Shown: positions 57,493 to 64,000 of the stretch, piece by piece
Numbering within the stretch: position 1 is the stretch's first letter
Layout: each line of letters opens with the position of its first letter
NCBI GenBank assembly: GCA_965205975.1
Contig: OZ242195.1
Span: 928,001 to 992,000, forward strand
DNA length: 64,000 bases
DNA from: Candidatus Latescibacterota bacterium
Lineage (GTDB): Bacteria > Latescibacterota > UBA2968
Direction: 5' to 3'
The notes under the pieces: model-generated
The model's database searches: none
What the model saw: the letters and a program-made list of their open reading frames with translations, nothing else
Told to the model about the DNA's origin: nothing
Made by a program: the position numbers and the translations under genes

Positions 57493-58593
57493 ATGAGAGT
57501 GCTTCTTTTTTTTCTTGTTTTTTATTTATTTTTTATTCCCGTCCATGCAGAAGAATGGAATCGCTTTCGCGGGGATGCACAATCTACGGGTGTTGCAAAT
57601 AGTAGCCTGCCCGCTGAACTGGATGTGTTGTGGACGGCACAGGTCGAAATAGGGATTGAATCCACCGCCGCAATTTGGCAAGACGCGGTGTATGTGGGCG
57701 GGTTGGATGAAAAGCTGTATGCTTTTGATTTTGATAGTGGTGCGATCAAATGGACGTATATGGCTACGGGTGAGATCAAGTCGTCACCACTGGTTTTTGA
57801 AAAAACCGTGTTTTTCGGTGATGGCAATGGCGTTTTTCACGCTGTTGATGCACAAACAGGTAACGCTCTGTGGACGTTTCAAACGGATGGGGAGATTATC
57901 TCGTCGGCAAATGCAACTGGGGGGCGCATCCTGTTTGGGTCTTATGACCAGTTTTTATACTGCCTCGCGCCGGACGACGGGTCGTTATTGTGGAAGATAG
58001 AAACGGATGGTTATGTTCACGGCATGCCGGCTATTGCACAAACTCACACACTCATCGCGGGCTGTGATGGTCTTTTGCGCGTTATCGATATTGCCAGCGG
58101 AAAAGAGCAATCGCAAATTGAACTCGGTGCTTATGTGGGTGCCAGCGCAGCTGTGCATCAGGCGCGCGCTTATGTGGGGACTTATGAGAGCCAGGTTTTG
58201 TGCATTGACTTAATGGCAAAAGAAATTGCCTGGCGATACGAACATCCGCAACGCAAATTGCCCTATTTTGCATCGCCATCCGTAACCTCTGAGCGGGTTA
58301 TTGTTGCAGGGCGCGACAAAATGGTTCACGCGCTTGATCCCAATACGGGCGATGTTTTGTGGACTTACATGTCCCGCTCCCGATTTGAAGCATCTCCCGT
58401 TGTGGTGGGTGATCGCGTTTTTGCAGGGACGACGGGGGGCAAAATCGTGGCATTAAATATCGAGACCGGTGAACTCGGTTGGGAATTTGTGACCGGATCG
58501 GAATTTGTTGCCTCGCCCAGTGTGGCGCGCGACCGGCTGATTATTGGCACAACAGATGGCACGTTATATTGTTTTGGAAAGGCGGAAGAATGA
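57493..58593 (+). CDS. Secreted PQQ-like (BamB-like) beta-propeller protein
   Basis: Signal peptide, WNRFRGD, regular AxDxxxGxxxW blades. Confidence 0.88.
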   Translation: MRVLLFFLVFYLFFIPVHAEEWNRFRGDAQSTGVANSSLPAELDVLWTAQVEIGIESTAAIWQDAVYVGGLDEKLYAFDFDSGAIKWTYMATGEIKSSPLVFEKTVFFGDGNGVFHAVDAQTGNALWTFQTDGEIISSANATGGRILFGSYDQFLYCLAPDDGSLLWKIETDGYVHGMPAIAQTHTLIAGCDGLLRVIDIASGKEQSQIELGAYVGASAAVHQARAYVGTYESQVLCIDLMAKEIAWRYEHPQRKLPYFASPSVTSERVIVAGRDKMVHALDPNTGDVLWTYMSRSRFEASPVVVGDRVFAGTTGGKIVALNIETGELGWEFVTGSEFVASPSVARDRLIIGTTDGTLYCFGKAEE

Positions 58594-59936
58594 GCGAGCA
58601 AATCCAGATTCCAGAGCCAGCGACAACCCGCAAAGTGTGGAAGGAAACAGATGTTGGTAGCGTATTTGTTTCCAATTATCCGCCTTACTCTTTCTGGCGC
58701 GATGAAAATACAGCAGAGATTGAAGAGATGTTGCACACATCCGATTCGGGGGATAGAGAAATATCGCTGGGCCTTTACATGCATATTCCATTTTGTCGAA
58801 AGCGGTGCAAGTTCTGTTATTTTCGGGTTTATACAGATCGCAATAGTGCTGAAATTCAAACGTATTTAGATGCTCTGGCAAAAGAGGTGGAAACGTATAG
58901 TACCTTGCCCCGTATTGCAGGTCGAAAATTGCACTTTGTTTATTTTGGTGGTGGTACGCCGTCTTATATCAGTGTCAAACACTTAAAGGCTCTGGTTGAC
59001 AGGGTCAAGGCTGTGATGCCGTGGGATGATGCGGAAGAGGTGGCATTTGAGTGTGAGCCTGGTACGCTTTCACAGTCCAAAGTTGAGGCTATTCGGGAAA
59101 TTGGCGTCACGCGCTTGAGCCTGGGTTTGGAGAACTTAAACGACGATATTTTGCAGGAGAATGGTCGCGCGCACGTCAGCAAAGAAATTTACAGGGCTAT
59201 GCCGTGGGTCAAGGCGCAGGAATTTGCACAGGTCAATGTAGATTTAATCTCCGGTATGGTCGGGGAGACGTGGGAGACATGGCGAGATACGGTGCAGGGC
59301 ACCATTGATCTCGACGCGGACAGCGTCACTATTTATCAGATGGAATTGCCGTTTAATACGACGTATTCAAAATCGATACGCGATGGAGGAGGTTTGCAGG
59401 TCGCAGATTGGCCTACCAAGCGCGCCTGGCACAATTACGCGATTGAAGAGTTTGCCAGAGCGGGTTATGAAACATCGAGTGCTTATACGCTGGTGAAAAA
59501 AGGTCGTCTGAACAAATTCGTCTATCGAGATGCTCTGTGGCGGAGCGCGGATCTCATCGGTACGGGTGTGGCTTCTTTTTCCCATGTGGGTGGCATGCAC
59601 TTTCAAAACCAGACGCATTGGGATCCCTATATCGAAACTGTTGGAAAAGGGCAGCTTCCGATCAATCGCTCTTTTGTGCCGACAAAAGAAGAGCAACTGA
59701 TCAGAGAGATGATTTTGCAACTCAAGCTCGGGCGGATTGAGACAGCGTATTTTCAGGATAAATTTGGCGTCAATATTTTGCAGCAATTTGGTGATGCCTA
59801 TCAGAAGCTCAGGGAATACGAGATGCTGGATTTCGATTCGCAGAGTATCACTCTGAGCCGGGAGGGACTTTTGCGCGTCGATCAGTTGCTTCCCGAATTT
59901 TATCACGAAAAATATCGCAATTCGCGCTATACATGA
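58590..59936 (+). CDS. HemN-like radical SAM enzyme
   Basis: YMHIPFCRKRCKFC, YFGGGTPS, RLSLG, NVDLISG. 4-bp overlap with the upstream gene. Confidence 0.92.
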   Translation: MSEQIQIPEPATTRKVWKETDVGSVFVSNYPPYSFWRDENTAEIEEMLHTSDSGDREISLGLYMHIPFCRKRCKFCYFRVYTDRNSAEIQTYLDALAKEVETYSTLPRIAGRKLHFVYFGGGTPSYISVKHLKALVDRVKAVMPWDDAEEVAFECEPGTLSQSKVEAIREIGVTRLSLGLENLNDDILQENGRAHVSKEIYRAMPWVKAQEFAQVNVDLISGMVGETWETWRDTVQGTIDLDADSVTIYQMELPFNTTYSKSIRDGGGLQVADWPTKRAWHNYAIEEFARAGYETSSAYTLVKKGRLNKFVYRDALWRSADLIGTGVASFSHVGGMHFQNQTHWDPYIETVGKGQLPINRSFVPTKEEQLIREMILQLKLGRIETAYFQDKFGVNILQQFGDAYQKLREYEMLDFDSQSITLSREGLLRVDQLLPEFYHEKYRNSRYT

Positions 59937-59966
59937 GCGATCACTACCACTAACTATGGAGGATTT

Positions 59967-61208
59967 ATGAAATACAGGCATTATTTCTTACTCGCTGTTG
60001 TGCTTTGCTTTTCTTCCGCACACGCGGATTGGCCCCAATGGCTGGGTCCCAATCGGACGGGTATTTCATCTGAAACGGGGTTGTTGACAATCTGGGCAAA
60101 AGATGGACCAGCGGTTGTGTGGGAAAAAGAACTCGGTGAGGGATTTTCCGGTATCTCGGTCGCAGATGGGCGGGTTTATACGATGTTTTCTGCCGGGGAG
60201 GACGAATTTGTCATTTGTCTGAATGAAAAAACGGGCGAGGAAATCTGGCGTTTCAGGACCGGTGCCAAATACTATGAGCGTCAAGGTGGGAACGGTCCCC
60301 GTTCTCAGCCTACTGTAGATGGTGATCGGGTTTTTGTGCTCAGTGCCGAGGGCTGGTTGTACGCGCTCAATGCAAAAGATGGGAAAAAACTCTGGCTGGT
60401 CGATCTTTACGATGGGTTGGGCAGTCGCGTGCCAAAATTCGGTTTTTCGACGTCGCCGCTGGTGGAAGGCGATTTGTTGCTTTTAGAGGTGGGCACACGG
60501 CAAGGGACGTTTATCGCTTTGGATAAGACCAATGGCGCTGTCAAGTGGGCGTCTCAAAACGATATTGTTTCTTATTCATCGCCTATTGCTGTAGATATTG
60601 CGGGTATTCGCCAGGTGGTTTTTGTTTCGGGCGAAGCCGCGGTGGGGCTTTCTCCCACGGATGGTTCGCTCTACTGGCGATTGCCCTGGTCCACATCTTA
60701 TGATCTGAATATTGCCACGCCAATTTTAGTGCCTCCAGATCACATCTTTATTTCTTCGGGTTATGACCACGGCGCAGCCCTGTTGCAAATTGAACCACAG
60801 GGAGATGGTTTGAGCGTTAAAAAGGTTTGGGAAAGCCGCGGCATGAAAAACCATTTTGGCACATCGCTCCTGATCGGCGACTATATCTACGGTTTTGACA
60901 ATGCAATTTTGAAATGTATTGAGGCAAAGACTGGCAAAGAACAGTGGAGACGCCGTGGATATGGTAAGGGGTCTCTTATTTATGCCGATGGACGGTTGAT
61001 CATTTTGAGCGATAAAGGCAAACTCGCTTTGGCAGATGTATCGCCCACAGAGTTTCGGGAAAAGGCCAGCGCGCAAGTGCTGTCGGGCAAATGCTGGACA
61101 CCACCAACACTTGCTAATGGGAAAATTTTTGTGCGCGATATGCACAGGATTGTATGCATGGATGTATCGGGTACGCAGGCGAAACCTGCGGATACGGAGA
61201 GCGAATAA
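59967..61208 (+). CDS. Secreted PQQ-like beta-propeller protein
   Basis: Signal peptide, DWPQWLGPNRTG, SYSSP, WTPPTLANG. Confidence 0.88.
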   Translation: MKYRHYFLLAVVLCFSSAHADWPQWLGPNRTGISSETGLLTIWAKDGPAVVWEKELGEGFSGISVADGRVYTMFSAGEDEFVICLNEKTGEEIWRFRTGAKYYERQGGNGPRSQPTVDGDRVFVLSAEGWLYALNAKDGKKLWLVDLYDGLGSRVPKFGFSTSPLVEGDLLLLEVGTRQGTFIALDKTNGAVKWASQNDIVSYSSPIAVDIAGIRQVVFVSGEAAVGLSPTDGSLYWRLPWSTSYDLNIATPILVPPDHIFISSGYDHGAALLQIEPQGDGLSVKKVWESRGMKNHFGTSLLIGDYIYGFDNAILKCIEAKTGKEQWRRRGYGKGSLIYADGRLIILSDKGKLALADVSPTEFREKASAQVLSGKCWTPPTLANGKIFVRDMHRIVCMDVSGTQAKPADTESE

Positions 61209-61257
61209 TAGTCGGAAAAGGCCGGGGGACTGAGATCTGACAATTGGAGAAGCCGCA

Positions 61258-63378
61258 ATGCGTTATTTTCGACAGCTTTTGATTTTTGTCTGTGTTTTGA
61301 GCATGATGGGTAATCTTATTTTTGCGCAGAATACAGAAGAGGAAGAGAAGAAGGAAGAACTGCCCGTTTATGCGGGGGAAGAGATTGTGGTGACGGAGAG
61401 CAAGGAAAAAGTGCCTACCGTGAGCACGATCGCGACGAAGATTCCCGTTCCGATCCGCTTGACGCCGGCGAGTATCGGTGTAGTCAATCACGGATTATTT
61501 CAACATCAAAGCGGCGTGGTTTTGGGGGATGCACTGCGAAATGTGAGCGGGGTCAATATCCAGACTGTATTTGGCGTTACGGATTTCTTTGTCATTCGCG
61601 GATTTGATTCTCTTTCCAGCGGGCTGGTGCTCACCGATGGCGCATCGGAGCCGGAAGCCACGTTTTACAATCTCTACAATCTGGAGCGCGTGGAGGTGCT
61701 CAAGGGTCCGGGGGCATTTTTATACGGCGGCAATCCGCTTTCTGGATCGGTAAATCTGAGTCGCAAACAACCGATTTTTACAAATGCGCTCCAGATCGGA
61801 GGTTCTTACGGTCCGTACAAGACGGGGCGCGGAACAGTAGATGCAAATTGGGCGGATGTCGATCAGGGTATTGCCTTGCGCGTCAATGCACTACGGCAGG
61901 TGTCTGATAGCTATCGAGACGATAAAGACAGCGGTTTGTGGGCTGTGAATCCCGCGGCGACGTGGCGGCCCAGTGACAAAACCACAGTGACCGCCAATTT
62001 CGAATATGTCACCAGCAGGTACAAATCGGATGCGGGCCTTCCCATTATTAATGGGGTGGTCGCAGATGTGCCGCGCACACAATCGTATCAATCGCCTTTT
62101 GATGCGTCCGATCAAGATATTTATCGGGCGCGCGTCGATCTTCACTCTCGCTTGTCGCGACAGGTCACGCTTCGCAACAAGTTCTATTATACCGATTTTT
62201 CATGGATATCTCAGGGTACGTTGTTCAGCGGCGTTTTTCCCAATGCTCAGGGGAGTCTGGATATTTTGCGATCACTCGTTCTTTTGGATGACCGTCAGAA
62301 AGTGTTGGGCAATCAGTTTGAGTTTTTATCTACATTCCGCACGGGACACGTAGAACACACGCTGCTTACCGGACTGGAATTGATGCAGTGGAAAGACAAA
62401 TTTACCTTAGATGTGGCTGCTTTGCCCAATATCGACGTGTTCACCCCCGTGGAAACTGCGAGCCAGCCATTTTTTATTATTCCAGGGCAATCGCAGGGGG
62501 CGGATTCAAAAAGTCTCGTTGTCGCGCCTTATGTCGTGAATCGCATTGTCTTTTGTCCATGCTATGAGGCATTTGTAGGTGTGCGATATGACCGCATTGA
62601 TTACGATGATCCCATGACTTCCACGTCTCGCAATTACAACAAACTGAGTCCTATGGCAGGTATGGTGTTTTCGCTTAAGGAGGATCTCTCGTTTTACGCC
62701 AATGTGGGTAAAGCATTTGCGCCTCCTTCGAGCCTGGTCGCAGGCCCGCGAGAGACCGAAGAGAGTTTTCAGATGGAAGTGGGCGCGAAAAAATACTTGT
62801 TGGACGACCGCCTGCACGCGAGTTTTGCCGTTTATCATTTGGCAAAAGACAACATCGGAATCCCCGATGCGACAGGTGTCACACAGCAAGATGGCGATCA
62901 ACGGTCTCGCGGTGTCGAGCTGGAGATGATGGTGCGCCCCGTGAGAAATTGGCACACATTTTTGTCCTACTCATTTTCCAATGCCACACTCACACGTTTT
63001 GCCGAGTTTGTTCCCGTGTTTACGCAGACGGGTATTACATACCAGCTTATGGATCGTTCGGGAAATAGGGCGGCTTTTTCGCCACGCCATATTTTCAATG
63101 TGTGGACAGCGAGGGGATTTGACAACGGGTTGGAATTTGGGATTGGCGCGCGCTATGTCACCAACCAGTTTATTGCCGCAGACAATCAATTTCAAATTGG
63201 GAATGTATTGACGCTGGATGCATCCGCGTCTTATACGTACAAGCAGATGAAATTTCGGATTAATGCGAAAAATTTAACCAATCGGGAATACGAAACGCAG
63301 GGTAGCCTTGGCGCTCCCACCTCAGTTATTCCGGCCAATCCATTTGGCCTGTATTGCGCTTTTGAAGTCAATATTTGA
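61258..63378 (+). CDS. TonB-dependent receptor (siderophore-receptor-like)
   Basis: EIVVT TonB box, IRGF, ERVEVLKGP...LYG, SRGVELE, NLTNREY. Confidence 0.93.
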   Translation: MRYFRQLLIFVCVLSMMGNLIFAQNTEEEEKKEELPVYAGEEIVVTESKEKVPTVSTIATKIPVPIRLTPASIGVVNHGLFQHQSGVVLGDALRNVSGVNIQTVFGVTDFFVIRGFDSLSSGLVLTDGASEPEATFYNLYNLERVEVLKGPGAFLYGGNPLSGSVNLSRKQPIFTNALQIGGSYGPYKTGRGTVDANWADVDQGIALRVNALRQVSDSYRDDKDSGLWAVNPAATWRPSDKTTVTANFEYVTSRYKSDAGLPIINGVVADVPRTQSYQSPFDASDQDIYRARVDLHSRLSRQVTLRNKFYYTDFSWISQGTLFSGVFPNAQGSLDILRSLVLLDDRQKVLGNQFEFLSTFRTGHVEHTLLTGLELMQWKDKFTLDVAALPNIDVFTPVETASQPFFIIPGQSQGADSKSLVVAPYVVNRIVFCPCYEAFVGVRYDRIDYDDPMTSTSRNYNKLSPMAGMVFSLKEDLSFYANVGKAFAPPSSLVAGPRETEESFQMEVGAKKYLLDDRLHASFAVYHLAKDNIGIPDATGVTQQDGDQRSRGVELEMMVRPVRNWHTFLSYSFSNATLTRFAEFVPVFTQTGITYQLMDRSGNRAAFSPRHIFNVWTARGFDNGLEFGIGARYVTNQFIAADNQFQIGNVLTLDASASYTYKQMKFRINAKNLTNREYETQGSLGAPTSVIPANPFGLYCAFEVNI

Positions 63379-63381
63379 ACT

Positions 63382-64000
63382 ATGCCCGACTTGACCACAG
63401 ACCGAAATGCGCTCTGGCAGCGGCAGTTGAAGCGGTTGCGAGGTATGCTGTCTTCAGTGCTGAATGGCAATGATTTTTATCGCAATAAGTTGAACCGGGT
63501 GGGTATTTATCGACCCGAGGATATTCAGACGCGCGATGATTACAGGCGGTTGCCCTTCACGACTAAAGCTGAATTATCGGCTGACCAGATGGCGTATCCC
63601 CCTTATGGCAGCAATGTGACTTTTCCGCCAGATCACTATATTCGCGTCCATCAAACATCGGGGACTACGGGAGAGCCTTTGAACTGGTTGGATACGGCAG
63701 AGAGTTGGGATTGGTTTGCGCGTTGCTGGACTTATGTGTATCGCGGAGCGGGCGTGACGGCAAATGACAGACTGTTTTTTGCCTTTTCCTTTGGCCCTTT
63801 TATCGGATTCTGGACCGGGCATGAGAGCGCGCGTTTAATGGGTGCGATGTCCATCTCTGGGGGTTCCATGTCGTCGATTCAGCGTTTGCAAGCGATTCAG
63901 GATCATCGGGTTACTGTTCTGATCTGTACGCCGACATATGCTCTGCATCTGGCAGAGGTGGCTGAGGCAGAAGGCATTGATATTGCAGGTGGAAGTGTTC
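63382..64000 (+). CDS. Phenylacetate-CoA ligase (PaaK)-like adenylate-forming enzyme (partial)
   Basis: Manual translation: FYRNKL...LPFTTKAEL...HQTSGTTGEP...FSFGPFIGFW...CTPTYALHL. Runs off the window. Confidence 0.9.
   Translation, partial: MPDLTTDRNALWQRQLKRLRGMLSSVLNGNDFYRNKLNRVGIYRPEDIQTRDDYRRLPFTTKAELSADQMAYPPYGSNVTFPPDHYIRVHQTSGTTGEPLNWLDTAESWDWFARCWTYVYRGAGVTANDRLFFAFSFGPFIGFWTGHESARLMGAMSISGGSMSSIQRLQAIQDHRVTVLICTPTYALHLAEVAEAEGIDIAGGSV

Noticed and set aside
57493..58593. BamB or PQQ-dependent dehydrogenase call
   Set aside because: No lipobox, no bam/der context, no visible quinoprotein active-site motifs.
58590..59936. Bona fide coproporphyrinogen dehydrogenase HemN
   Set aside because: Family motifs only. 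The N-terminal motif differs (FVSNYPP vs RYTSYP) and no heme genes are nearby, so no symbol was assigned.
1..64000. CRISPR array, rRNA or tRNA genes
   Set aside because: No regularly spaced 23-47 bp repeats with unique spacers and no recognisable RNA gene by eye. The repeats seen are 7-12 bp tandem units.

Overview
Bacterial chromosomal window of moderate GC from a diderm (LpxH, TonB receptor, Slt). Two DUF6785 membrane proteins, two PhyH dioxygenases, an Rpn gene and many PQQ-like propellers suggest a Latescibacterota/Poribacteria-like lineage (inference only). Housekeeping and metabolic genes (uppP, ogt, dxs, slt, UvrD-like helicase, lpxH, glpK, purC, sugar oxidoreductases) alternate with small accessory inserts. 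These include a KpnI-like type II RM pair with TA fragments (0.4-2.8 kb), an internally deleted tnpB-only IS200/IS605 element in the last codons of ogt (8.8-9.7 kb), a solo HsdR_N-like nuclease (11.5-12.4 kb), a PIN/DUF433 plus type IIG RM island (18.4-24.1 kb), an Rpn gene with a probable internal antitoxin start, a MazF-type TA pair and an AAA_14/DUF4143 ATPase. Two candidates for undescribed biology stand out. The first is a >15 kb co-directional cluster (48.8 kb to the window end): four secreted PQQ-like beta-propellers, a GriC/EhpF-like adenylating enzyme, a GriD/EhpG-like reductase, an Fe-ADH, a HemN-like radical SAM enzyme, a TonB receptor and a PaaK-like CoA ligase. The second is a set of inverted arms built from 7-, 8- or 10-bp tandem repeats that either enclose a ~40-bp spacer or bracket defence/TA cargo genes. 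No rRNA, tRNA or CRISPR array was seen. All family assignments come from motif recognition by eye, not database searches.
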